From Squatina squatina (lineage: Eukaryota), in NCBI GenBank assembly GCA_031763465.1, contig JARFOE010000192.1:10337750-10377287 (forward strand): a DNA stretch of 39,538 nt, in the 5' to 3' direction. The notes under the pieces were generated by a model. That model made no database searches. It was not told where the DNA came from and saw nothing but the letters and a program-made list of their open reading frames with translations. Below are positions 11,516 to 22,844 of this stretch, piece by piece (within the stretch, counting starts at the first letter, position 1; each line of letters starts with the position of its first letter). A program made the translations under genes and the position numbers.

Positions 11516-12357
11516 TTTAATTGGCTAAATACCAAAGTGTGAATCTGGAGATTCAAAGTGGGATTCATCCTTTGGTGCAGCAAGGTAATATCATGATTTA
11601 CTCATGGNNNNNNNNNNTTAGGGATTGATTTTGAGCGAGTGTGATACTTCATGTGCAATCAATTAAATGCATTTACCAGTCTCTCAAAATTAATTATTTT
11701 ACAAAAAACATATCAGTCAGAAATTAGATGTAGACACAGCATGGCATGTGAAATATCTGACTGAGACATAAAAAATCCCAATGTTCAAAAAAATAAATTT
11801 AATGTTACTTGATTAGTTTATTAGGCTCAAATTTAATCAACAATTTGTTCTCAGCTCTTATCACTCTACATAGAGGTTTCCTATATTACCTTATTAAGTT
11901 CAGCACTATGTGCTTCATGGCCTCATAAAAAAGATGACCATAATCAGTGCTGGCACCATATCTGTTAAACCAAAGTGACCAGGCATTTTGACGTTTGATG
12001 ATCTGCCTGAGTTTGATATATGAACAATATTCTTAATATGAACACAATATGGTCATGTAGTTTGAACCCAGTTCTTGACTTTGTATCCAAGACCTGAAAT
12101 AAATTATTTTCTACCTGTTTCAGATGCATCTGAGTGACCTCTGTTCTTCATTACCAGATTGCCTAAGAAACCAGATGTTGTTTTATGAACAGCCATATGT
12201 ACAGTGTGCAAAAAATATTTGCTTTATTATCATAATCTATCTTTATTTGCCAAAAATGTCTTGTGTGATTTTTTAAATTGTCTTCTGGCTCACTGCAATC
12301 AGCAAAGTGTTTTTCTTCCTTGTTTGCTGCATATATCAGTAGCTATTCTGGTAAAGT

Positions 12358-12512
12358 ATCCCTGCCCTTGCCTCAACCCATCCGTTGCTGAAACTCTCAT
12401 CCATGATTTTATTATCTCCAGACTTAACAGTTCCAAGCTCTCCTGGTTGGCCTCCCATCCTCCCATCCTGCATAAACATAAAGTCATCCAAAACTCTGTT
12501 ACCTGTATCCTA
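12358..12512 (+). mobile_element. L2-type LINE fragment (ORF2 C-terminal region)
   Basis: PCLNPSVAETLIHDFIISRL...HKHKVIQNSVTCIL resembles the L2 motif AETLIHAFVTSRLDY...KLQLIQNSAARIL. Confidence 0.75.
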
Positions 12513-13532
12513 AAAGCAGTGGTCTAATACCGACCCCTGGGGAATACCACTGTATACTTCCCGCCAGTCTGAAAAACAACCGTACACTACTACTCTCTGC
12601 TTTCTGTCCCTTAGCCAGTTTTGTATCCATGCTGTCATCATCACTTTAAACCCATGGGCTTTAATTTTGTTTACAAGTCTTTTATAGGGCACTTTGTCAA
12701 ATGCTTTTTGAAAGTCCATGTACACAACATCAGCCGCACTAACTTCATCCACACTTTACGTTACTTCATCAAAGAACTCAATCAAGTTAGTTAAACATGA
12801 TTTTCTTTTAATGATTTTGTGCTAACTTTCATTGATTAGCCCATAATTTTCCAAATGTCAATTAATTTTATCCCGGATTATTGACCCTGAACGTTTCCCC
12901 ACCACCAACGTTAGGCTGACTGGCCTGTAATTGTTGAGTTTATCCCTTACCCTTTTTTTGAACAGGGATGTAACATTTCAATCCTCCTGTCCTCTGGCAT
13001 CACCCCCATATCTAAGGAAGATTGGAAGATTGGCACTGGAACTTTTGGAATTTCCACACTTGCTTCCCTCAGTAATCTAGGATGCATCCCACCTGGACTG
13101 GGTGACTTTCTACTTTGAGTAATGCCAACCTTTTAAGAATCTCCTCTTTATCTATTTTTATCCTATCCAATATCGCTACCAACTCCTCCTTTACTGTGAC
13201 AATGGTGGCATCCACTTTACTAGTCAAGACAGATGCAAAGTGCTCATTTTAGTATTTCAACCATGCCCTCTGCCTCCACAAGACAATCCTTTTGGTCCCT
13301 AAACTGTCCCATCTTTCCTTTGACTACCCTTTTACTATTTATAAGTTTATAAAAGACTTTTGGGTTCCCTTCTATGTTAGCCGCTAATCTTGGACTCTTT
13401 CTTTGCCACTCTTATTCCTCTTTTTTGAACGCCTGTGTACTTTCTGTAGTCAGCTTGATTCTCTACTGAATTATGAACCTCACATTTATCATAAGCCTCC
13501 TTTTTTGTTTACTTTTAATCTCTATGGGGGCA
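12513..13532 (-). mobile_element. CR1 LINE fragment (reverse transcriptase)
   Basis: DVVYMDFQKAFDKVPYKRLVNKIKAHG...WIQNWLRDRKQRVVV...SGIPQGSVL at 12510-12752. Degenerate upstream ORF2 runs to the gap. Confidence 0.92.
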
Positions 13533-13632
13533 NNNNNNNNNNNNNNNNNNNNNNNNNNNNNNNNNNNNNNNNNNNNNNNNNNNNNNNNNNNNNNNNNNNN
13601 NNNNNNNNNNNNNNNNNNNNNNNNNNNNNNNN

Positions 13633-13815
13633 AAAGCTCAGTGCTGGGGATGGGCTTCGCAGCCTCAGCATTGGATCTGTCCAGAAGTTTCTGGACAGAT
13701 CGCAAATGCTGGTTATGCGGGCTTACGATGTATAGCCCAATAACCGGCTTTTGCGATGTCTCCCCGGGTGTGTGGGAAGATCGTTCCCGCCCGGGGAGAT
13801 CGCAATTTCAGGGCC
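13633..13815. mobile_element. End of a GC-rich Harbinger-type MITE with two internal hairpins
   Basis: Terminus ggccctgaaattgcg on the minus strand. Hairpins gatctgtccagaa/ttctggacagatc (13674-13701) and ctccccggg/cccggggag (13760-13798). Confidence 0.6.
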
Positions 13816-13817
13816 AG

Positions 13818-13850
13818 CGTTTCAGGTCGATGATCTTTCATCAGAACTGG
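13818..13850 (-). ncRNA. Minimal hammerhead-ribozyme-like motif of the Penelope-like element (probably broken)
   Basis: Minus strand ccagttCTGATGAaagatcatcgacctGAAAcg has both core boxes around a short stem II. The downstream cleavage region is replaced by a MITE. Confidence 0.5.
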
Positions 13851-14443
13851 AAAGGGGGAGGGAAAGAAAGAACAAAGGGAAGGTCTGTGATAGGGTGAAT
13901 GGCAAGAGAGTATAAATGACAAAAGAGATGATGGTGCAAAGCAAAGGAGGTGGTAATGGGACAAGTAAATAAACAATAGATGGGTCTGGAGGAGGTGTAA
14001 ATCGCAATAGCAGAATCATTACCAATAGCTGCTATCTGAAAAAATGAGAGCAATGGTTATGATCTGATATTGTTGAACTCAATGTTGAAGGCTGTAAAGT
14101 GCCTAATCGAAAGATGAAGTGCTGTTCCTTGAGCTTATGCTGAGCTTTATTGGAACAGTGTAGGAGGCCATGGTCAGAGAGGTCAGAGTGGGAGTGGAGC
14201 AGGGAATTAAAATGACAGGTGACCGGAAACTCGTGGTCACGCTTGTGGACTGAACAGAGGTGTTCTGCAAAATGATCGCCCAATCTGCGTTTGGTCTCCC
14301 CAATGTAGAGGAGGCTGCATCGTGAGCAGTGAATACAGTACACCAAATTGAAAGAACTACAAGCAAATCGCTCTTTCACCTGGAAGGAGTGTGTGGGGCC
14401 CTGAATGGTGGGAATGAAGGAGGTAAATGAGCAGATGTTGCAT
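13818..14443 (-). mobile_element. Penelope-like retroelement 3' part (GIY-YIG endonuclease and 3' region)
   Basis: NLVYCIHCSRCSLLYIGETKRRLGDHFAEHL...VTCHFN...KLKEQHFIFRLGTLQP at 14032-14379 shows the GIY-YIG motifs with the CxxC/His pattern of Penelope-like endonucleases; frameshifted near the C-terminus. Confidence 0.92.
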
Positions 14444-14444
14444 C

Positions 14445-15145
14445 TAGAAGTATATTATTGCAATTTTGCCCACAATGTTGAAGCATATTTTATGGCATCT
14501 TACACATTCTCGGCTGGTCCAAGCATCTGAAGTGTTGCTTGAACACCCCACATGTTTTCTCAGTGAGAGTCCTGGTTCACACATAGCAACATTGTATCTG
14601 ATGAGATAATGGGATTGTGCAGAAGTGCCATTAGCTATGATTACCCTGTGTAGCCCATATCTCTGAGGGACCAACCCTCCTTCAAAGAGCAGTGTCACAT
14701 TTGACTACCTATGAATGAAGGCATTATATACAATTACACCCCACCTCACCCCATGAAGTATGTATTGATGTGTATTGGTTCTGGTGGTATTTTCATACCA
14801 TTCAAATGCTCATGGAATAACATCCCTTCTTATCTAAGTATACCACAAAATTGTTGATGGGTGCCAGTGCCTACATGTGTACAGTCAATGAGATGCACTG
14901 TGCTTTGAAAAAGCAAATAACTTCATAAAGCAATTGCTGCCTCTTCTGCTGGTGGTGGTCCCTGCTGAAGTGTATATGGGCGGTGTGTAGTGAAACAAGG
15001 CTTCAGCTACCTCTTTAGTGGAACAAGAGATGGTGTAATGACCGACTGTGATGTCCCCTGTGGTTGCCTGGAAAGGCCCTATTGCATAAGCCTTAGGGCC
15101 TGTGGTGCCCTTCATGGCCACTGGTAATGCAGTGCAGAAAGTTGA
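14445..15145 (-). mobile_element. Decayed PIF/Harbinger DDE transposase
   Basis: Frameshifted HARBI1-like motifs in the correct order: ALPVAMK...GPFQATTGDI...KEVAEALF, IDCTHV (about 14874-14891), LRDMGY (cf. LGDSGY) and EETCGVFKQHFRCLD (cf. ERTFGLLKxRFRCLD). Confidence 0.85.
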
Positions 15146-15289
15146 NNNNNNNNNNNNNNNNNNNNNNNNNNNNNNNNNNNNNNNNNNNNNNNNNNNNNNN
15201 NNNNNNNNNNNNNNNNNNNNNNNNNNNNNNNNNNNNNNNNNNNNNAAAGCCACCGATGTGTCGGCCATTGTGAAAGGCCTTACACTCAC

Positions 15290-15535
15290 ACTCCCAATCC
15301 GCGTAAGATCATTAAATTTCCACCTACCTTGATGAAAGGTTCTTGGAGTCACATCAGATGGTTCAACTTCTGCCATGACTTTCCACCATTCTCTTCTAAT
15401 CATCCTTGCTTTCACCTTTCTCCCAGCCACCGTGAAGAGCATAGCTGCCCTTCTCACTACTGCCTGGACAAGTGCCCGCAGGTCTGCCTCACTGAAACGA
15501 CCAGTCCTTGCTCTGGGCTGACCTCTCTGATCCAT
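15290..15535 (-). mobile_element. Harbinger Myb/SANT-like DNA-binding ORF, first exon
   Basis: 82 open codons MDQRGQPRARTGRFSEADLRALVQAVVRR...EWWKVMAEV...PRTFHQGRWKFNDLTR with RFS, W and RTxxQxxxKFNDL motifs, followed by a GTGAGT donor at 15289. Confidence 0.85.
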
Positions 15536-16079
15536 TTATAAACCTGAGCAATATGATTCCTAACAGCTGAAAAAGATTTCCCCCCTCCTCCTTAAGTGAC
15601 CTAAGCAGTGCCTGTGTGAGGGAAGGGCTACCCTTTAAGTACTGACATGGGCTGATAGATAAGTGGAAGCTGTTAAGTCAATTGAGATATTCCACAGCTG
15701 AAAGAGACTAAGAAAATCAGCGCTAAGTATAGGCCCTTTAGCGCTGAAAGTTGCATGTTTTTTTATGCTGTTTTTGAAATTTTTTCTAAGTGTTGAAAAG
15801 GCAGACTTTAGCCTAAAGTTCTAAGACCAGAACCTAGCGCCCAACTATTCCTCCATTAGCGCCGGAAGCTTAGGGCAGCCGAATTGGGCACCCTTAGTGA
15901 TAAAAACAGTTTGAAATATCTGATAATTTAAATAAATAGTAGTAGTGGGTCTTGCACAGTGGTGTAAAACAAGCGATAGAGAATCACTGGTGAATGGAAT
16001 TGAAAATCGAACATGGTGTAAAAGAGGCTGCCAATTTGCCATTACGCATTTGCGCTAATGCCAAGACCAATTTCACCCC
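15536..16079 (-). mobile_element. Harbinger 5' non-coding end with terminal inverted repeat
   Basis: GGGGTGAAATTGG on the minus strand at 16067-16079, the same 13-mer as at 22729; repeated tagcgc/agcgct subterminal motifs. Confidence 0.7.
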
Positions 16080-17704
16080 ATATACTTCTGTACTGTAGCA
16101 TAGGCTGATCATTCCATGTCACATCTTGCACTAATCATGATCAATGGAGAAAGAATAATGTGGAACATTTTATTATATAGAAAGTGTTTGTTATCTTCTT
16201 ACATAACTTTGCAATTCTAGACTTTGCTTCACAGATGTTACATATTAAAAACAACACATGTTCAATTTGCAAGCTCCAAAGCATGCTCAGCCACCAAGAG
16301 TTAAAATTTAAAGGGTAAAAAGCTGTATCTTGTTAATTGCGGCAGTTGTGGAATTGTGTGTAGACAGCTGAGAGTCATTTCTGACCGTACAATCAATCAC
16401 AGCGGCCCCTCCCATTCAATAAAGTGATATTTTGAAAGAGCTGTAAGGAGACCATTCAAATAGTGCTTGGGACTGTTTACCCAGCAGGCTCTTGGCCAGC
16501 TCCCTTCCTGCTTACAAAACACCCCAGAGCAGATCTCTTTACCATCCATCAACCCTCACTTCTCAGACCACATGACTTTGAAGCCTGAGAAGCTGCCAAT
16601 CGGGGAGCCACAGCATCAAAGGCATCTGTCATCTGTGTGCACAATGGATCTTTTGTACTGTTCTCATACCGAGACGCTGGCGGCACTCAGGCNNNNNNNN
16701 NNNNNNNNNNNNNNNNNNNNNNNNNNNNNNNNNNNNNNNNNNNNNNNNNNNNNNNNNNNNNNNNNNNNNNNNNNNNNNNNNNNNNNNNNNNNTAGAATTT
16801 AAGAAGGAAAATGCAGAATCCTTTCAACCGAGCTCATTTACATAGACAGAATGAGCCAACTCTTTTGTGTGGTTAAAAGAAAATAAATAAAAGACTGAGT
16901 CTGAACTGATTCCCAGCATTTTGGCTTGCACAGCTGCAGTGTGACATTTAAAAGCTTGGACTCTGGTTTTCCGAAATGAAGAAAACTCCTACCATTTCAT
17001 CTGACATAGTTTGAGTCTGTCTGCGTTTGTATATGAGGGAGGCCTGAATCATGCTTTTAGTAACCGCCTAGTAAATTAAATTATGTCTTGTCTGGTAAAT
17101 TCTGTATTTTTGTCAAATTGATTTGTCAGAAATAGCCTTGTGTGAAAACAGTGAAGTCTGTATTGTAACACTGGTGAAAGTTGCAGTGTGGCCTTAGAGA
17201 GGAATATGGAGACTCTGAAAGTGATCATTTTCTCCCCGCCCCACAAAATAAAAATTGCAAACATCTTTTTCTCAGAGCAGTTTTTTTGTATTACAAAGAT
17301 TATTACATTTTCTTTAAATGCTCTTGTACATAGTTATTAGGTCTTCTGCCAAATATTCAGAAATATTTACAAACAAATGAACTATTCTATTTTGTGACAA
17401 ATTGAGATTCTTCATATACTTTCAAATAAAGCATTACATATCGGAAGTACAACCATATAAATTACTCAATTTTGAAAACTTTCACCAACGCAACTTAAGA
17501 CTATTGGGGAAAATGTAATGAGTTTTCACTCCTGGCATGGGTGCTTGTTTATTATGGACGAAGAATTCTCCAGAGATCAATGACCTCTGCGTCCAAATTC
17601 CTGATACACATAACCACAGGAGCACAGAATCGTAACATTTACCCTGCTTGGTAAAGAACTGCTCTGGTCATATTGTAGCAAAATCATAAATACATCCTTT
17701 TAAA

Positions 17705-17945
17705 GTGTCAGCTTGGCTTTTATTACTCTTGCTTCTGATTCAGAAGGTTGTGGGTTCATGTCCCACACCAGAGATTTGAGCACAAAATCTATACCTGACA
17801 CTCCAGCGCAGTTCAGTGGGAGGTGCCATCTTTCAGATGAGATATTAAATTGACACCCCATCTGCCTGTTCGGATGTATGTTAAATATGGCACTGTTTGA
17901 CAAAAAGCTGAGAATGTATCTGCTGTCCTGGTCAAGTTTGTTCAT
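17705..17945 (+). mobile_element. tRNA-derived Deu-domain SINE (SacSINE1/AmnSINE1-related)
   Basis: B-box-like gggttcatgtcc head, then ggaggtgccatctttcagatgagatattaaattgacaccccatctgcc, resembling the Deu core as I recall it. Confidence 0.7.
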
Positions 17946-20792
17946 TATTTACTAGTTGTCTGGGTTTAAAACAAGTAGACATACTGAAGGAAGTAAATGT
18001 GTGACAGCCTGCTACATGTTGAAGCTTTTTAAGAAGTTATCCGCAATCAAATGCAATTTTCCTCAGTCAACTTTGAGCTTACAATACTCAGCCGTGTTAC
18101 TGTGTTATCAAACTCTGCCATTGAATGTATTATACAGTACTCACTGTGCTGCAATGTACAGCACTGGACGCTGTTCTGTATAAAATAAAATATAATCACA
18201 ATGAATATTTACACCTCTAATACACTTTAATGTAGAAACACAAAAAGTCAATTCAGTACACTATAGTGTTTCTTGATCTTCTTTCATAGCACTAGTAATA
18301 ACACAAGAATAGGAAGTGGCCTGTGGTGTAGCTGTTGTAAATCTCCGTGCCCTTTAATTCCCTGAGCGTGAGTGCAATAATCAGTGTTACAGCCTTCACA
18401 CATTGTACATTGCATTCAGCATTTTCTAAAGCTGGTACTGCTGTATAAGACTTTTGGCTGATAACAGAATGCAGAACTTGTATCAGGCTATGGAATATTG
18501 ATTGCCCCTGCTCACAGTCCTGCTCCTCTTCAACACTCAGAGCAAGTGCAGTCTGTCTATCATCTTCACTTTCACTCTGCATGTTCTGGTGCTGAAATTC
18601 TTTTCCACGCAGTTTTTCCCAATCATGTCTAATTTGTGATCAAAGTCTAAGAACTGTAACTAGATGCTATAATTGGAAATTATATCAATAGTGAAGTGAA
18701 TTTACCAACACATTTATTTGTTTCTGAAACTTCACCAGGCCAAACACAAATCTCTAAGATGTGAAATACTGAGCAATAATGTCTGAGAAAACTTGTTCAA
18801 TGCCCCTGCTGTCTGATTACTGACAACCAGAACAGTTAGTTTGTCAGCTGTCTGTGAGGTAGTTTTAGTGTCCTCAACCTTCATCAATACTGATGAACTT
18901 GCTGCTGATANNNNNNNNNNNNNNNNNNNNNNNNNNNNNNNNNNNNNNNNNNNNNNNNNNNNNNNNNNNNNNNNNNNNNNNNNNNNNNNNNNNNNNNNNN
19001 NNNNNNNNNNAATAGGATTTGTGCTTACAGCCAAAAGGCTAAAAGAACAAGCTGAAGAAAGATTCATGTATTAGAAACAAAATTAATGGTTGAAAAGGAA
19101 ATCTCTCTGTGGAGAGATGACTTTCAGTTTGAGTGCATGTGCCAAACAAACCATACAAGAAGGGGGTCAAGAGTGTATTAGTTGTGTTGAGCTAAAAATG
19201 ACTGTGTTTGGAATTTTGAAGAGTACATTGAAAATCTTACAAAGGCAACATGCCAACAGACATGTTTTAGTGATAACAGGCAACAGATCATCAGACATGC
19301 CTTGGACCTTGTGGAGCCACAATTCAACAAAGAATTCTTACATATTCATGGACAATTTCTACATAGGCCAAAGACTATTAGGGTCGCCAGAAACTTACAG
19401 GATGAAAACTGACACAGTGATTAGTGTAATACCAAACAGAAAAAGAGAAAAAATACACGCTGGAAGCTAATTTTTGGAACATCGTAGAACCAGCGCTTAG
19501 TTCAGACTACATTAATAGGGTTCTATTAGTTTTTTTATATATACGTTATATCTGCCCCATCAACCTAGTTTAATGTGACCATTAGTAGCTTTATGATAGA
19601 AATTCATAATTTTTATATTGTCAAAAATCTCCACCAAAATAAATTACTCAATTTCCAGAAAAAAAAACCAAATCAAATAAAAATAGATTCATCGGATAGC
19701 CTGAATATTCTGTATTACATAGAATTACATTGGCTGGAATTTTCTCAGTCCTGTNNNNNNNNNNNNNNNNNNNNNNNNNNNNNNNNNNNNNNNNNNNNNN
19801 NNNNNNNNNNNNNNNNNNNNNNNNNNNNNNNNNNNNNNNNNNNNNNNNNNNNNNGAAATGATTAAACCTAACAGTCCCTACTTTGAGGCTGAAGAGTGGT
19901 ACACACTGATGCCTCGCATGTACTATATACGTTCCCTTGTCATCAAGCATTTACATCAGTTATCTTGCAAAATTACAAATCAATACAGAATCAATACAAA
20001 ATCAGTACAAGCATGATATGACATTTCTGGAACTTTCACCCCCATCCCTTCACAGGATTCCATCTTACCTTTGGTGGTCCATCTTTCTCACTGGATGCCA
20101 AATCACTTTGCAAGGCTGCTAAATCACACAAAGACTTTCTAATAGCACTAACCATTACAGGAAGAATTTTTACCCACTCTCCCACTGCTGCTTTAATTGG
20201 ATACACCACTTTAACTTTTACCAGAGGTCCTTAAGGTAGCTGGGCTGCGTTTGGTTCTTATTCACTTCAGTCATGCTCCCTGCAGATGGTCTGGTTACAC
20301 AGGGAGAGCATTCAAGTGATGTAGATGAGTTGACCCTACAATCTCATGCAAGATCAGCTGCCATCATTCATTGTTTGTCATGCACATGTTGCCTTGCACA
20401 ATCAGCCTGGTAACTTAACATAATGTTCAATGCTATGAAAAACTTGCCATTCTGCCTTTCAAGCCCTTCATGGGAGCTGTTCAATTGATGTTCCATCAGT
20501 GATTAGTTCCATAAGGGCCAACACAGATAGGCATCCTTTCTGGTCCCGGATATACATTCAGAAGCAGTTGAGCATGAATAGTTCAGTATCAGCCATGCAC
20601 TATCCTGGACCTGATATGTTGAGATTTTCAGGCTCAGACACACAACCAACATTTGGAACTCAAAAGAATGTAGTCTTTGTGTCGGCCCAATTAATCTTCT
20701 TAATAGGGCCTGTGGCTGACAACAGTTAAATAGTTTCCAGATGAGCTTGGAGACCCAAATGAAAGTGGATACCTTCCAATTGTAAATATATA

Positions 20793-20874
20793 GGCAGAGA
20801 AATTGGCCTGGTTTGCACTTCCCGGTAGCGCCTGCGAGAGTCGGTAACAGGGCACTAAGGGGTTACCAACCGGG
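20793..20874 (+). mobile_element. Harbinger-type MITE left end, copy A
   Basis: Starts ggcagagaaattggcctgg; shares taacagggcactaaggggttacc exactly with 22728-22844; truncated by a gap. Confidence 0.7.
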
Positions 20875-21175
20875 NNNNNNNNNNNNNNNNNNNNNNNNNN
20901 NNNNNNNNNNNNNNNNNNNNNNNNNNNNNNNNNNNNNNNNNNNNNNNNNNNNNNNNNNNNNNNNNNNNNNNNNNGCCCTGATACTCGTATCGCATGTTGC
21001 ATGGGCACAAAGTGACATATTCTGACTTACCATGGGAGATCCCTTAAAAATAAATATGCATGTTTTACTGGTCACATTTCAGGGCCACAGTTGTCTACAT
21101 GCTTGGGCCTAATTTATGTATGTGTAAAAGTGTGTGTGTTTATTTTTATATTAGAGGAAAGAGGCTAATGGGACC

Positions 21176-21417
21176 AGTTTGTGCAGACAAACTTCACTTC
21201 CTATTTTGAAGTTGCGCATCTGTCCTTATTTTTATCGTGACATTATAAATTCCTATGTCCAAATTTATAATGGGAACTGCTTAAGCAAATTTGTCACGCT
21301 GTAATTCTACCCTCTGGCTAGTTGAGGCGCCACTGCACTCTGCCACTGGACGAAGGGTTTCATTACAGTGCGACAAATTTCCATTATAAATTCCTGGCTC
21401 CATATTTATAATGGAAA
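21176..21417. repeat. Multi-hairpin palindromic element (possibly an ancient Eulor-type repeat)
   Basis: Hairpins at 21176-21193, 21241-21272 (11 bp arms) and 21378-21417 (14 bp arms), plus a central stem 21287-21305 / 21362-21380. Confidence 0.75.
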
Positions 21418-21976
21418 AAGTTGTCAGATTTAAGTTTACAATATATCTTCATTCTTAAAGTAATAAATAACAACTGAAAAGTCATAGTGTAGTTATTTTT
21501 AATTACGTGATTACTGAGTTGCTCACTGTCAGTGCATCTGAGAAAGCAAACTCTATTTTATGATTTTTAACTTGTAGGCTAGTCATTGCATACTGTACGC
21601 TTTGAAAGATCTTTCATAGTCAAAGAAAAAATTGGACTTCTAACATTTTCTTGAAGAAATATCTGGTGCCTGAAGCAACTAAAAACAAATATATTCTGGC
21701 ACTTTTTAAATAAACAACTCAATAGGCCTTTGTGTAAAGTTTAACCTCACTAGAAATTGTTTTTTTAAGCAATTCATATGAAAGTTTTGACCTGCCTAAA
21801 CATGCATACATTCTTGGACATGAAAGAAAACAATTGCAAAAAACACTTTTAATGTCATCACTTGTAAATCATAGACTTGGCTGCAAAACTGGTTTGGGGG
21901 CAGATTAAGTCTGAGAGAGTTTATGTAAGTGTATTATTCTGATACTAACATTTCTTCCTACCAGGTCCATCTTCAT

Positions 21977-22052
21977 GGTAGTGGGGAAAATGCTGGAGTC
22001 AGTTATTAAAGATGTGATAGCAGCACATTTGGAAAGTGGCGAAATCATCGGA
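21977..22052 (+). mobile_element. 5'-truncated CR1 LINE start
   Basis: VVGKMLESVIKDVIAAHLESGEIIG, the CR1 RT segment preceding QHGF; runs into a gap. Confidence 0.8.
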
Positions 22053-22727
22053 NNNNNNNNNNNNNNNNNNNNNNNNNNNNNNNNNNNNNNNNNNNNNNNN
22101 NNNNNNNNNNNNNNNNNNNNNNNNNNNNNNNNNNNNNNNNNNNNNNNNNNNNATTCAGAACTATCAACTGCGCTGATAGACGCTGCTGGCACCCAGACTA
22201 AACATAAATCAGAAAATTCCGCCAGAGCCAAATGTTAAATAGTATAAATGATGACAGAATCTATCAGTCATTTAAAGAGTAGAATGTAATCTCTGAGTTC
22301 AGAGGATGGTTATAAACTGCTCAACATTTATTCTCTTGGCTATTGAAAACATCTGAACTCTGATTAAATCATTGCAAGACAACTATTGTTTCCTCTGTAT
22401 ATCAAATCTCATGTAGAATCTGTTTTCTCTGCTTCTGCCTAGGCACTGTCCATAGTGGTACTTTGAAGCATTTGTCAAACAATATCAGAATGCTGGTTTG
22501 TGTTCTGGCCTGAGTCCAAAGGAAGCAACTGAACTCTTCAAAATGAAGAGGTGCTGAGATTTCCATGCTCGGTATCCTTGGTGAAGCCGAAACAGTTTTA
22601 ATTCATAACTGTTTTCATTAATTGTACAATTAACAAAATATAAAAATAACCAGAACCTGAATAAGTTGCATTTAAGATCCAATGAAACTTGTAGAACCTG
22701 CCAATATTGGCACCGCAATATATAGAT

Positions 22728-22844
22728 GGGGGTGAAATTGGCCTGGGTTGCACCTGCAGGGGGGCATTAACAGGGCACTAAGGGGTTACCGACTGGGTGC
22801 AGCGAAATCACCGACGCCCTCGCACTTCCCTGGCGGTTTTGCAC
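22728..22844 (+). mobile_element. Harbinger-type MITE left end, copy B
   Basis: Starts gggggtgaaattggcctgg; shares a 23 nt block with copy A. Confidence 0.72.

Noticed and set aside
14885-15535. 216 aa Myb-transposase fusion protein
   Set aside because: The frame is continuous only through an arbitrary 100-N spacer, and a splice donor ends the Myb exon at 15290.
19090-19470. 126 aa ORF, and 96 aa ORF at 18292-18582 starting QSESEDD
   Set aside because: No domain recognised. The latter resembles the BZW2 acidic tail only superficially and is on the wrong strand and in the wrong place.
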